In this document: positions 44,226-53,880 of the stretch, in pieces | Layout: the number at the start of each line of letters is the position of its first letter | Numbering within the stretch: the first letter of the stretch is position 1 | Assembly (NCBI GenBank): GCA_044867645.1 | Contig: JBIOVI010000063.1 | Location: 329 to 64,328 of the forward strand | DNA from: Solirubrobacterales bacterium | GTDB taxonomy: Bacteria > Actinomycetota > Thermoleophilia > Solirubrobacterales > 70-9 | Direction: 5' to 3' | DNA: 64,000 nt | Translations under genes and position numbers: made by a program | Notes under the pieces: generated by a model | Databases searched by the model: none | What the model saw: only the letters and a program-made list of their open reading frames with translations | What the model was told of the DNA's origin: nothing

Positions 44226-44684
44226 CTACTCCTCGGGGCCGAGGATCGCGTCGAGGATCTCGCCGGTGTCGTCGATCTCGAAGCCGCTTCGCAGCCGTGC
44301 CTCGATCTCGGCTCTCCCGGCACCGGAGACCGCCATCTGCGTTGCCAGCAGGCGCGCGGCGGCAGAGCCGGAGCGTCGGGGAGCCAGTGGCTCCTCGTCG
44401 CGGTCACCGTCGCCGACAGCTTCAACGGGCTTCAAATGCACCGTGCGGCGCTCGGCGGAAGTGGGCGGGTCGAGCTGGTCGGCAAGCTCGCGCAGACGTT
44501 CGGCGACGATCAGGTCGGCGCGTCCGCGCGCCTCGTCCAGGTAGCGCTGCGCCTGTTCCTCGGCGCCGTCGATGACGCTCGCGGCAGCTCGCTCGGCGGC
44601 GTCCACGATCACCGCCAGGCGCTGGGCTGCGTCGCTGGCCGTGGCCGGCGGGCGTCGCTCTGGGGGGATCTTCTGACTGCTCAT
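44226..44684 (-). CDS. hypothetical protein, 152 aa (helical, Ala/Arg/Glu-rich)
   Basis: ORF start overlaps the argD stop (ATGA). No motif recognised. Confidence 0.5.
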   Translation of the reverse strand: MSSQKIPPERRPPATASDAAQRLAVIVDAAERAAASVIDGAEEQAQRYLDEARGRADLIVAERLRELADQLDPPTSAERRTVHLKPVEAVGDGDRDEEPLAPRRSGSAAARLLATQMAVSGAGRAEIEARLRSGFEIDDTGEILDAILGPEE

Positions 44685-45871
44685 CTCGTTGCGTAGCTTA
44701 GGAGCGAATCGCCGATCGTCACAACGGCGCGCTCGATATGGGCCAAATCGACCGTCAGCGGGGGCAACAGGCGCAGCGTGCCCGGCTCGGGCACGTTGAC
44801 GATCAGCCCGCGCTCGAGCAGATCGGCGCCCACGGCGGCGGCGTCGATGCCGGGCTCGAGGCCCACGCCGACCATCAGGCCCCGGCCGCGGACCTCGGCG
44901 ACGCCCTCGAGGGCGAGGAGGTCCTCGCGCAGCACGGCACCAAGCTCGCGTACGCGCCGCAGCAGAGCCGGGTCGTCGACTAGGTCGAGCACGGCAAGCG
45001 CCGCCGCCGAGACGACCGCGCCGCCGGCAAAGGTCGAGCCGTGGTCGCCGGGCTCCAGCACCTCGCCGGCGGTGGAGGTCGCGACGCAGGCGCCGACCGG
45101 CAGGCCGCCACCCAGCGCCTTGGCGCTGGTCAAGAGGTCTGGCCGCACCGGTGACTGCTCGTAAGCCCAGAGCGAGCCGGTCCGACCCATCCCGGTCTGG
45201 ATCTCATCGAGGATCAGCAGCGCCCCGGTTTCGTCGCAGGCCTCACGCGCGGCGAGCAGAGTCTCGTCGCCGAGCGGATAGATCCCCGACTCCCCCTGGA
45301 TCGGCTCGATCATGACCGCGGCGGTGTTCTCGTAGACGGCGTCGCGCAGGGCGCCGGCGTCGTCGAACGGGACCGAGCGGAAGCCGGGCAGCATCGGCCC
45401 GAGGGCGCGGTTCTCCGCCATTTTCGGCGTCGCCGCAAGAGCCCCGTAGGTACGGCCGTGGAAGTCGCGTTCGAAGCTGACGATCTCAGGGTTTTCAACG
45501 CCCCGGCGGTGCGCGTTCTTGCGGGCGATCTTGATCGCACACTCGTTGGCCTCGGTTCCCGAGTTGGCGAGGAAGACCCTCCCCCCCAGGCTCGAACCGG
45601 AGAGGCGCTCGGCGAGCCGCACCATCGGCTCGGTGTAGAAGAGGTTGGACGTGTGCATCAGCCGCCCGGCCTGCTCGCGGACCGCCTCGACCACCGCCGG
45701 GTGACAGTGGCCGACCGAGCAGACCGAGATCCCGGCCAGGAAGTCGAGGTACTCCTTGCCCTCGGAGTCCCAGAGCAGCGGCCCCTCGCCGCGCACGAAC
45801 TCGACCGGCGCCCGCCGGTAAGTGTCCATTAGGTATCGCTGCTCGAGCGCCTGCAGGTCGGTCAGGTTCAT
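44681..45871 (-). CDS. argD: acetylornithine aminotransferase
   Basis: Class III aminotransferase with LILDEIQTGMGRTG. Start MNLTDLQALEQRYL overlaps the argB stop. Confidence 0.9.
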   Translation of the reverse strand: MNLTDLQALEQRYLMDTYRRAPVEFVRGEGPLLWDSEGKEYLDFLAGISVCSVGHCHPAVVEAVREQAGRLMHTSNLFYTEPMVRLAERLSGSSLGGRVFLANSGTEANECAIKIARKNAHRRGVENPEIVSFERDFHGRTYGALAATPKMAENRALGPMLPGFRSVPFDDAGALRDAVYENTAAVMIEPIQGESGIYPLGDETLLAAREACDETGALLILDEIQTGMGRTGSLWAYEQSPVRPDLLTSAKALGGGLPVGACVATSTAGEVLEPGDHGSTFAGGAVVSAAALAVLDLVDDPALLRRVRELGAVLREDLLALEGVAEVRGRGLMVGVGLEPGIDAAAVGADLLERGLIVNVPEPGTLRLLPPLTVDLAHIERAVVTIGDSLLSYATR

Positions 45872-46707
45872 GACGTGACCATCGTGCCGATGCCGGCGTC
45901 GGTGAACAGCTCGAGGAGCAGGCTGTGCGGCTTGCGCCCGTCGACGATGTGGGCCGACTGGGCACCGCCGCGGATCGCATCGACGCAGGCTACGAGCTTC
46001 GGCCGCATGCCGCCCTGCACCGAGTCCAGCTTGTCCTCGACCTCGCCGACCGTCGCCCGGGAGATCAGCGAGCCCTCGTCGGCCGGGTCGGCCAGCCAAC
46101 CGTTGACGTCGGTGAGGAAGACCGCCTTGTAGGCGCCGAGCGCCGCCGCCACCTTGCCCGCGGCCTCATCGGCGTTGACGTTGTAGGCGTGACCCTCGCG
46201 ATCGGAGGCCGAGGAGGCGACCACCGGGATGTAGTCGGCGGCGATGTGGTTGAGGACGTCGACGTCGACCCGCTCGATCGAGCCGACGAAGCCGACCTGC
46301 TCCGCGTTGGGGACCGGCGCCACCTCGAAGAGGGTGCCGTCCTGGCCGGAGAGGCCGACCGCCGGCTGGCCGTGACGGTTGAGCCGCTGCACGATGTCGG
46401 AGTTGAGCTTGCCGATCAGGACCATGCGCGCGACCTCGACCGTCTCCGCGTCGGATACCCGCAGCCCCTCGTGGAAGCGGACCTCGAGCCCGAGCCGCTC
46501 CATGTACTCGGTGATCTCGGGGCCGCCGCCGTGGACGACGACGGGGTTGAGCCCGACGTACTTGAGCAGCACGACGTCGGTCGCGAAGGCCTCGCGCAGC
46601 CCCTCCTCGCGCATCGCCGAGCCGCCGTACTTGATCACGACGGTGCGGCCGTGGAACTCCCTGATGTAGGGAAGCGCCTCGAGCAGGGTGTCGACGTTCG
46701 TGCTCAA
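45868..46707 (-). CDS. argB: acetylglutamate kinase
   Basis: VIKYGGSAM and VVHGGGP motifs. TTG start. Confidence 0.9.
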   Translation of the reverse strand: MSTNVDTLLEALPYIREFHGRTVVIKYGGSAMREEGLREAFATDVVLLKYVGLNPVVVHGGGPEITEYMERLGLEVRFHEGLRVSDAETVEVARMVLIGKLNSDIVQRLNRHGQPAVGLSGQDGTLFEVAPVPNAEQVGFVGSIERVDVDVLNHIAADYIPVVASSASDREGHAYNVNADEAAGKVAAALGAYKAVFLTDVNGWLADPADEGSLISRATVGEVEDKLDSVQGGMRPKLVACVDAIRGGAQSAHIVDGRKPHSLLLELFTDAGIGTMVTS

Positions 46708-46716
46708 TTCTTCTCC

Positions 46717-47889
46717 TCAGGTCGTGTACTCGGCGTTGATGCGAACGTACTCGTAGCCCAGGTCCGAGAACCAGACGTGGGCGGTGTGATCGCCGCGGTC
46801 GAGCCGCAGCCCGATCTCGGCCTCCGGCGTGTCCTCGGCCAGCTCGGCGGCGTCGATCGAGTCGGCGCCGATCTCTTCCAGGTCCTCGCCGGCGAGCGCC
46901 ATCCCGGCGGCCTGGGCGATCCGGCCCCAGTTGGGATCGCGACCGAAGAGGGCCGTCTTGACCAGCGGCGAGTTGGCGATCGTGCGCGCCACCCGCTCCG
47001 CCTCGGCCTCGGAGGCAGCGCCCTCCACCCCCACGCGGGCGACCCGCACGGCGCCCTCGCCGTCGGCGACGATCTCGATCGCGAGCTGCAGCAGAACCGC
47101 CTCGAGCAACCCGGCGGGAAGCGGCTTGCCGGCCTCCCCGGTCGCCTGCAGCAAGACGGTGTCGTTGGTGCTCATCTGGCCGTCGACGCTGATCCGCTCG
47201 AAGGATGAGGCGGCGGCGGAGCGGAGCGCGACGGCCGTGTCTTCGACCACCGCGTCGGTCTGCACGAAGCAGAGCATCGTCGCGAAGTCAGGCATCATCA
47301 TCCCGGCGCCCTTCGCCTGGGCGGAGAGGGTGACGCCGCCGGCCCGCAGAGTGCAGCTCTTCGGCCAGCGGTCGGTGGTCAGGATCGCCTCGGAGAACGC
47401 CATCCCGCCGTCGGCGGAAAGCGCGCCTGCCGCCTCGCCGATCCCCGCCAGCACCGCGTCGATAGGCAGCGGAACACCGATCACGCCGGTCTCGGCGACG
47501 GCGACTGTCGTCGGGTCGAAGCCGAGCTTCGCGCCGGCCTCCTCGCACATCGCCCAGGCGTCGGCAAAACCCTGCTCGCCGGTCTCCGCGTTGGCGTTGC
47601 CGGCGTTGACAACGGCTGCCCGCACCGCGCCGCGGTCGACCCGCTGACGGCAGACCCTGACCGGCGCGGCCGCGGATGCGTTGCGGGTCAAGAGCACCGA
47701 CGAGGTGACCCGCTCGGCGTCGCAGACGAGCAGGCCGACGTCGGTTTTGCCACCGCCCTTGAGGCCGCAATGGGCGGCGCCGGCGCGGAATCCCGGGGCG
47801 AGCCGCGCGGGATCGAGCTGCTCGACGCCGGCCGGTGGGTCGACCCAGCGCGAGCGAAAGAAGGCCGTGTCGGGGGGCGAAGCGCTCAC
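46717..47889 (-). CDS. argJ: bifunctional glutamate N-acetyltransferase / amino-acid acetyltransferase
   Basis: Autoprocessing site context ATMLCFVQTD. GTG start at the GTGA overlap with the argC stop. Confidence 0.9.
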   Translation of the reverse strand: MSASPPDTAFFRSRWVDPPAGVEQLDPARLAPGFRAGAAHCGLKGGGKTDVGLLVCDAERVTSSVLLTRNASAAAPVRVCRQRVDRGAVRAAVVNAGNANAETGEQGFADAWAMCEEAGAKLGFDPTTVAVAETGVIGVPLPIDAVLAGIGEAAGALSADGGMAFSEAILTTDRWPKSCTLRAGGVTLSAQAKGAGMMMPDFATMLCFVQTDAVVEDTAVALRSAAASSFERISVDGQMSTNDTVLLQATGEAGKPLPAGLLEAVLLQLAIEIVADGEGAVRVARVGVEGAASEAEAERVARTIANSPLVKTALFGRDPNWGRIAQAAGMALAGEDLEEIGADSIDAAELAEDTPEAEIGLRLDRGDHTAHVWFSDLGYEYVRINAEYTT

Positions 47890-48917
47890 AGCAGACCCTC
47901 CGTCTCCTCGAGGCCCAGCATCAGGTTGAGGCACTGCACCGCCTGGCCCGAAGCTCCCTTCCAGAGGTTGTCGATCGCCGAGAAGGCAAGCACCCTGCCG
48001 CGCTCCTCGACCGTGACGTAGACATGGCACTCGTTCGTGTCGCGCACGTCGCGCAGTCCGGGTGGCTGCGCGACCGCATGGACGAAGGGCTCGCCCGCGT
48101 AGCGCTCGGCGTAAAGCGCCTGCACCTCTTCTTTGGAGGCCGGCTCGCTCAGCTGCGCGTAGCAGCTGGTCAGCTCGCCCTGGTCGAGCGGCAGCAGGTG
48201 CGGGACGAAGGTGACCGGAACGGCACCACCGAGCGCCTCGAGCTCCTGTTCGATCTCGGGCCGGTGGCGGTGGCCCTCGGTCTTATAGGGGAAGGCGTTC
48301 TCGTCCATGCTCGCGTAATGCATCGCGTCGCCGCCGCCGCGCCCGGCCCCCGAGACGCCTTGCTTAGCGTCGATCACGACGTCGGCGAGCAGACCCCGTT
48401 CCGCCAACGGCGCCAACGCCAATACGCTCGCGGTCGGGTAGCAACCGGGCACCGCGACCAGCTTGGCCTCGCGCAGCTCGTCGCGATACAGCTCGGACAA
48501 GCCGTAGACCGCGCCGTCGAACAGCTCCGGCGCGCCGTGCTCGCCGTACCATCGCTCGTAGGTCGCCCGGTCGCGCAGCCGGAAGTCGGCGGAGAGGTCC
48601 GCCACCACGATCCCGCGCTCGCGCAGGGCGGCGACGGCCGGCGCCGAGGCGCCGTGCGGATAGGCGACGATCGCCGCGTCGACTCCCCCGACCCCGTCCA
48701 GGTCCAGCTCGGTTAGCTCCAGCGGCACGCGGTAGCGTGGGTAAAGACGATCGAGCCGCGTGCCCGCGTCGCTGCGCGAGGTGACCGCGACCAGCTCGAG
48801 GCGCGGATGGCGCCAGACGATCTGAGCGGCGAGGGCACCGGTGAAGCCGGAGGCCCCGGCGACCAGCACCCGTGCGGCGGGATCCCCCTGAAGCGGTTGC
48901 GGGCGCGCGTCACTCAC
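47886..48917 (-). CDS. argC: N-acetyl-gamma-glutamyl-phosphate reductase
   Basis: VAGASGFTG Rossmann motif and catalytic Cys in VAVPGCYPTA. Start approximate. Confidence 0.9.
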   Translation of the reverse strand: MSDARPQPLQGDPAARVLVAGASGFTGALAAQIVWRHPRLELVAVTSRSDAGTRLDRLYPRYRVPLELTELDLDGVGGVDAAIVAYPHGASAPAVAALRERGIVVADLSADFRLRDRATYERWYGEHGAPELFDGAVYGLSELYRDELREAKLVAVPGCYPTASVLALAPLAERGLLADVVIDAKQGVSGAGRGGGDAMHYASMDENAFPYKTEGHRHRPEIEQELEALGGAVPVTFVPHLLPLDQGELTSCYAQLSEPASKEEVQALYAERYAGEPFVHAVAQPPGLRDVRDTNECHVYVTVEERGRVLAFSAIDNLWKGASGQAVQCLNLMLGLEETEGLL

Positions 48918-51369
48918 GGAGCGAGCCCCCAATCTCGCCCAGGACGGTGGCGATCGAGCCGCGCAGCGTCGCGACCTCCTCGTCGGTGAGGGTGCGGTCG
49001 CCGGCCCGGAACTCGAGCCGCAGCGCGAGGCTCTTGCGACCCGCGCCGAGCTGCTCGCCTTCGTAGAGGTCGAATACCGCGGCCGAGCGTAGGAGCTCGC
49101 CGCCACCGGCCAGCACGGCCTCCCGTATCCGCGCGGCGGAGACCTCGAGTGGCACGACGACGGCCAGATCTTGGAGGACAGCCGGGAAGGTGGTCACGTC
49201 CTCGAACGTCTCCTCCCCCGCGGACGCCGCCCCGATCAGAGCCGCCAGTCCGACTTCGAAGCCGGTCGCCGCCTCGAGGTCCCAGCCGCGGCAGACGAGT
49301 GGGTTCAGCTCGCCGATCCAGCCCACCTCGTCGCCCTCGACGAGGATCTTGGCGGCACGCCCGGGGTGCAGAAATGGCTCCGCCGTGGGCTCGAAGGCGA
49401 GCGCCAACCCGAGCCGGGCCACGACGGCCTCGAGCACGCCCTTGACGGCGAAGAAGTCCGCCGCCTCGGCGCCGCCTCGCCACGATTCCGGCGTCAGCGA
49501 TCCCACCGCGAGGCCACCGAGCCGGTGCGGCTCGGAGAACGGCGCCGGCCGCTCGCCGGCGAACTCGCCGCCCAGCGGACCACCAGTCGAGCCGCTGGCG
49601 GGAAGGTAGACGCGGCCCGACTCGAAGAGGGCGACACGGTCCACATCGCGCGCCAGGTTGCTCCGCGCGGCGTTCAGCAACGAGCCGAGCAGGCTCGTCC
49701 GCATCACCGATTGGTCCTCGGACAGAGGGTTGGACACGACGACGCCGGCGGCGCGAGGGTCGTCTGCCGGGATCCGCAGCCTGCCCGGCTCGCCGGGGTC
49801 GGTGAAGCTCCAGCCGACGATCTCATCGAAGCCGAGGTCGCGCATCGCGTCCTCGGCGCGGCGGCGCAGTCGCTGGTCCCGGCTCAGCCCGCCCGCCTGC
49901 CCGGCCGACCCGGGCAGGGTCGATGGCAGGTGCTCGTCGAGGCCATGGACGCGCGCCACCTCCTCGATCAGGTCGGCCTCGCGGGTGACGTCGTAGTGGC
50001 GGTCGGGCGGAACCTCGACGACGAGGTCGCCGCCGTTCGCCTCGACCCCGAAGCCGAGCCGCTTCAGGTAGGCAACCTGATCGGCCTGCTCGATCCGCAT
50101 CCCGAGCAGGCCCTCGACCCGCTCGCCGCGCAGACGGATCCGCGCAGGCGACGGAGGCTCGGCGGCGACGTCGATCGTGCCGGGGACGAGCTTCGCCCCG
50201 CACAGCTCGACCATCAGCCGCGAGGCGATCTGCTGCGCCCGCATGCACAGCGCCGGGTGAAGCTGCTTCTCGAAGCGCGAGGAGGCCTCCGAGCGCAGGC
50301 CGAGCAGGCGCGAGGTGCGGAGGATGTTGGTGCCGTTCCAGTTGGCGACCTCGAGCAACACCCGCGTCGTCTCCTCGGAGACCTCGGACACCTGGCCGCC
50401 CATGATCCCGGCGATCCCGGAGGGACCATCGCGGTCGCAAACCAGCACGGTCTCAGCGTCCAGCTCGCGCTCGACGCCGTCGAGCGTCGTCATCTTCTCC
50501 CCGTCCGCGGCAGTGCGGACACTCAGCGCGCCCTCGGGAACCCTGTCGAGGTCGAAGGCGTGCAGCGGCTGCGCGGTCAACAGCATCACGTAGTTGGTGA
50601 TGTCGACCACATTGTTGATCGGTCGCTGCCCGGCGACGCTCAACCGCGCCTGCAGCCAGGCAGGCGAGGGGGCGATCTTGACGTCGGTGAAGACGCGGGC
50701 AGTGAAGCGCGGGCAGAGCTCGGGGACCTCGACCGCGACCGAGGCGTAATCGCCCACCTCGCCCCCACCCTCGGCGGGAGCGTCCTCCGCCCAGGGCTCG
50801 GGGGCGAGCGGCGCGGCGCTGATCGCGTGCACCTCGCGCGCGACTCCGTAGACGCCGAAGCAGTCGACCCGGTTGGGCGTCACCTCCAACTCGAACACCG
50901 GCTCGGCCAGCGGCAGCGCCTCTGCGAGGGGGGTTCCGGCCACGGGGCCCTCGTCGAGGACGAGGATCCCATCCGCCTCCTCGGCGATCTCCAGCTCGGC
51001 GGCCGAGAGGATCATCCCGTGGGACTCGACGCCGCGCAGCTTCGCCTTGCCCAGCTTCGTCCCGTCGGGCATGGTCGCCCCGGGAAGCGCAACCGGGACG
51101 GTCTGGCCGGCGGCCACGTTGGGCGCCCCACAGACGATCGTCCGCACCTCATCCTCGCCGGTGTCGACCCTGCAGACGCTGAGCCGGTCTGCATTGGGGT
51201 GGGATTCGCACTCCACCACCCGCCCGATGACGAAGCCGTCGGTCGCGGACGGCCCGACGATCGCGACCCGCTCGACCTCGGTCCCGGTCATCGCCAGCCG
51301 CTCGGCCAGCTCGCCAGCCTCGACCCCCGGGTCGCAGTACTCGCGCAACCACGAGTGAGGGACTCTCAT
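48910..51369 (-). CDS. pheT: phenylalanine--tRNA ligase beta subunit
   Basis: 819 aa. MRVPHSWLREY N-terminus with tRNA-binding, B3/4, B5 and FDX-ACB regions. Confidence 0.95.
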   Translation of the reverse strand: MRVPHSWLREYCDPGVEAGELAERLAMTGTEVERVAIVGPSATDGFVIGRVVECESHPNADRLSVCRVDTGEDEVRTIVCGAPNVAAGQTVPVALPGATMPDGTKLGKAKLRGVESHGMILSAAELEIAEEADGILVLDEGPVAGTPLAEALPLAEPVFELEVTPNRVDCFGVYGVAREVHAISAAPLAPEPWAEDAPAEGGGEVGDYASVAVEVPELCPRFTARVFTDVKIAPSPAWLQARLSVAGQRPINNVVDITNYVMLLTAQPLHAFDLDRVPEGALSVRTAADGEKMTTLDGVERELDAETVLVCDRDGPSGIAGIMGGQVSEVSEETTRVLLEVANWNGTNILRTSRLLGLRSEASSRFEKQLHPALCMRAQQIASRLMVELCGAKLVPGTIDVAAEPPSPARIRLRGERVEGLLGMRIEQADQVAYLKRLGFGVEANGGDLVVEVPPDRHYDVTREADLIEEVARVHGLDEHLPSTLPGSAGQAGGLSRDQRLRRRAEDAMRDLGFDEIVGWSFTDPGEPGRLRIPADDPRAAGVVVSNPLSEDQSVMRTSLLGSLLNAARSNLARDVDRVALFESGRVYLPASGSTGGPLGGEFAGERPAPFSEPHRLGGLAVGSLTPESWRGGAEAADFFAVKGVLEAVVARLGLALAFEPTAEPFLHPGRAAKILVEGDEVGWIGELNPLVCRGWDLEAATGFEVGLAALIGAASAGEETFEDVTTFPAVLQDLAVVVPLEVSAARIREAVLAGGGELLRSAAVFDLYEGEQLGAGRKSLALRLEFRAGDRTLTDEEVATLRGSIATVLGEIGGSLRE

Positions 51370-52424
51370 AGGAACTGCCCCAGCATTCGCACGTCGTTGT
51401 CGAAAAAGCGCCGCAGGTCCGGGACGCCGTGGCGCAGCATCGCGATCCGCTCCACCCCCATGCCGAAGGCGAAGCCCTGCACCCGCTCAGGGTCGTAGCC
51501 GTTCTCGGCGACGAAGCCGAGCACGTTGGGGTCGACCATGCCGGCACCGCCGACCTCGATCCAGCCCTGGCCCTTGCAGAGGTTGCAGCGCCCGCCGTCG
51601 ACCAACTCGCCCGTCCCCTCGCACTGGAAGCAGGAGACGTCGAACTCGACGCTGGGCTCGGTGAAGGGGAAGAAGTGCGGCCGCATCCGCGCCTCACGGC
51701 CCGTGCCGAAGATCGCCTTCAGCATTTCTTCCAGCGTCCCCTGCAGGTCGGCAAGCGTGATCCCCTCCCCGATCGCAAGCCCCTCGACCTGGTGGAACAT
51801 CGGCGTGTGGGTGGCGTCGGAATCGCGCCGGTAGACCTTGCCGGGCATGATCGCGAAGATCGGCGGGGGCTGTGACTCCATGGCGCGGATCTGCACCGGC
51901 GAAGTGTGGGTGCGCAAGAGGAGCTCGGGGTGGGACTGGATGTAGAAGGTGTCCTGCAGCATCCGCGCCGGGTGGCCCGGCGGGTGGTTGAGCGCGGTGA
52001 AGTTGTAGTAGTCGTGCTCGATCTCGGGCCCATCGAGGACCCGGTAGCCGAGGCCGATCATCACGTCCTCGATCTGCCGCGTCGTGCGGGTGATCAGGTG
52101 GAGGTGGCCACTTGGCCTGGGTGGCGCCCCGGGCAGCGTGACGTCCACCCGGTCGGTGGCCAGCCTTGCCTCCAGCTCGCTCGCGTCCAGCTCGGCGCCG
52201 CGCCGCTCGAGCAGCGATTCCAGTTCCTTGCTGACCCGGTTGGCGCCGCCGCCGACCGCACCACGCTCGTCCTCGGGCAGCTTGGCGATGCCGCGCAGGA
52301 CCGTCGTCAGCTCCGCTTTGCGGCCCAGGTACCGGACCCGCAGCTCCTCGAGCTCGGCGGTGCCGGTTGCGGCCTCGATCGCCGTCGTTGCCTCCGCCCC
52401 GATCTTCTCGATCCGTTCAAGCAT
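51366..52424 (-). CDS. pheS: phenylalanine--tRNA ligase alpha subunit
   Basis: Class II motifs (FRxD-like VYRRDSDATHTPMFHQVEG, GAGMVDPNV). Start trimmed to MLERIEKI. Confidence 0.95.
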   Translation of the reverse strand: MLERIEKIGAEATTAIEAATGTAELEELRVRYLGRKAELTTVLRGIAKLPEDERGAVGGGANRVSKELESLLERRGAELDASELEARLATDRVDVTLPGAPPRPSGHLHLITRTTRQIEDVMIGLGYRVLDGPEIEHDYYNFTALNHPPGHPARMLQDTFYIQSHPELLLRTHTSPVQIRAMESQPPPIFAIMPGKVYRRDSDATHTPMFHQVEGLAIGEGITLADLQGTLEEMLKAIFGTGREARMRPHFFPFTEPSVEFDVSCFQCEGTGELVDGGRCNLCKGQGWIEVGGAGMVDPNVLGFVAENGYDPERVQGFAFGMGVERIAMLRHGVPDLRRFFDNDVRMLGQFL

Positions 52425-53136
52425 CTGGCGCGGCCTCCCGCATGGCGGGCGACGATAGCCGCTCGCAGGAGATTGCCGCGGCGGCAGCCACATTGAGCGA
52501 CTCGGCGCCGCCCGGCCGTAGGGGAATCGTCACCGCCACATCGCATTCCTGCAGCGCCGCGGCCGGCAGTCCCTCCCGCTCGGCACCGAGGCAGAGAGTT
52601 GCGGCGCCGGCCAGCGCCTCCAGCCCGTCACCGCCATGGGCGACCAGCGCGGCTCGGGGCCGCGGGGTGGCCTCGATGCCGGCCCGCAATAGCGACTGGC
52701 CGAAGATAGACCCCATGCTCGCCCGCGCCGCCTTCGGCCCGTACGGATCGGCGCAGCCGGAACCGAGGACGACGGTGCCGCCGACCAAGGCGTGGGCAGT
52801 GCGGATGATCGCACCGACGTTGCCGGGGTCGCCGATGCCCTCCAGGTACACGCAAGGCTGCCGTAGCGCCTCGGCCCAGACCTGCGGCCAGACGGCGATC
52901 GCCCGCGTTCCCGAGCCGAGCGCGGAGACCTCGGCCAACAATTCCGGCTCGACCTCCTCACCGCCGAGACCGCTGCCAGCGGCCGTCAGGACGAAGAGCG
53001 GTTCGGCGCCCGCCGCGAGTCCTGCCTCGACCAGGTCCTCGCCCTCGGTCGCAAACCGCCCCTCGCGCTCGCGGTGCTTGCGATCGCGCAGCTTGCGGAC
53101 CAGTTTCAGCTTCTCGTTGTGGGGGCTGGAAATCAT
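52417..53136 (-). CDS. TrmH/SpoU-family RNA 2'-O-methyltransferase
   Basis: GNVGAIIRTA, LGAEREGL and ESLNVAAA motifs. Confidence 0.85.
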   Translation of the reverse strand: MISSPHNEKLKLVRKLRDRKHREREGRFATEGEDLVEAGLAAGAEPLFVLTAAGSGLGGEEVEPELLAEVSALGSGTRAIAVWPQVWAEALRQPCVYLEGIGDPGNVGAIIRTAHALVGGTVVLGSGCADPYGPKAARASMGSIFGQSLLRAGIEATPRPRAALVAHGGDGLEALAGAATLCLGAEREGLPAAALQECDVAVTIPLRPGGAESLNVAAAAAISCERLSSPAMREAAPDA

Positions 53137-53192
53137 CCTGTTCGGTTCTGGGTCGTCGTTTCTTCTCCTGGAATGCCCAGAGGAACCTGGGC

Positions 53193-53222
53193 AAATAAAA
53201 ACGGGCCGTGAAAACGGCCCGC
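53193..53222 (-). terminator. rho-independent terminator after rplT
   Basis: The minus-strand RNA reads CGGGCCG-UUUUCA-CGGCCCG followed by UUUUUAUUUG. Confidence 0.75.
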
Positions 53223-53248
53223 CCGGGAAAGTGGAGTGTGGGTTGCGG

Positions 53249-53608
53249 CTAGGCGGCCGCACCCTCCCGGGCGAGCTCCACGAATCGGCGGAATGCATCT
53301 CGGTCTGAGACCGCTATCTCGGCGAGCATCTTGCGGTTGACCTCGACCCCGGCCTTGTCGAGGCCGTGGATCAGCTCCGAGTAGCTCATGCCCTCAAGCC
53401 GCGCAGCGGCGTTGATCCGGGTGATCCAGAGCCGCCGGAACTCCCGCTTGCGGTTACGCCGGTCTCGATAGGCATACATCCCCGACCGCTGCACCTGCTC
53501 TTTGGCGAAGCGATAGGAAGAATGCTTGCGACCGAAGTAGCCCTTCGCTTCCTTCAGCACCTTGCGCCGCTTCTTGCGGGCGTGGACGGAGCGCTTGACC
53601 CGGCTCAC
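53249..53608 (-). CDS. rplT: 50S ribosomal protein L20
   Basis: [26 protein letters not shown] is canonical L20. Confidence 0.97.
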   Translation of the reverse strand: MSRVKRSVHARKKRRKVLKEAKGYFGRKHSSYRFAKEQVQRSGMYAYRDRRNRKREFRRLWITRINAAARLEGMSYSELIHGLDKAGVEVNRKMLAEIAVSDRDAFRRFVELAREGAAA

Positions 53609-53805
53609 TTTCCACCTCCGAGCAGCTGCCTGACCCGCTTTTCGTCGGCCTTGGCTATCTCGACCGGCCGCGCCATCTGCCGCTTCCGCTTCGGTGACTT
53701 TTTCTCGAGGATGTGGCTCGAGTAGGCGCGCCGCCCGCGCAGCTTGCCCTTGGCGGTCTTGCGGAACCGCTTCTTCGCACCGGAATGGGTTTTCATCTTC
53801 GGCAT
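53605..53805 (-). CDS. rpmI: 50S ribosomal protein L35
   Basis: [22 protein letters not shown]. 66 aa. Overlaps the rplT start. Confidence 0.95.
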   Translation of the reverse strand: MPKMKTHSGAKKRFRKTAKGKLRGRRAYSSHILEKKSPKRKRQMARPVEIAKADEKRVRQLLGGGK

Positions 53806-53880
53806 CGGGACGGGTATTGAAGCAGACCGGCGGTGGGTGGCGCCGGAGGCAGCGGACCGCGCCGGTAGGCTGCCGCGGTC

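Noticed and set aside
45860-45905. My hand count of the printed sequence and the ORF-track coordinates disagree by one base around the argB/argD junction.
   Set aside because: This is most likely my own reading error. ORF-track arithmetic was used for the coordinates, and no frameshift or pseudogene is claimed.
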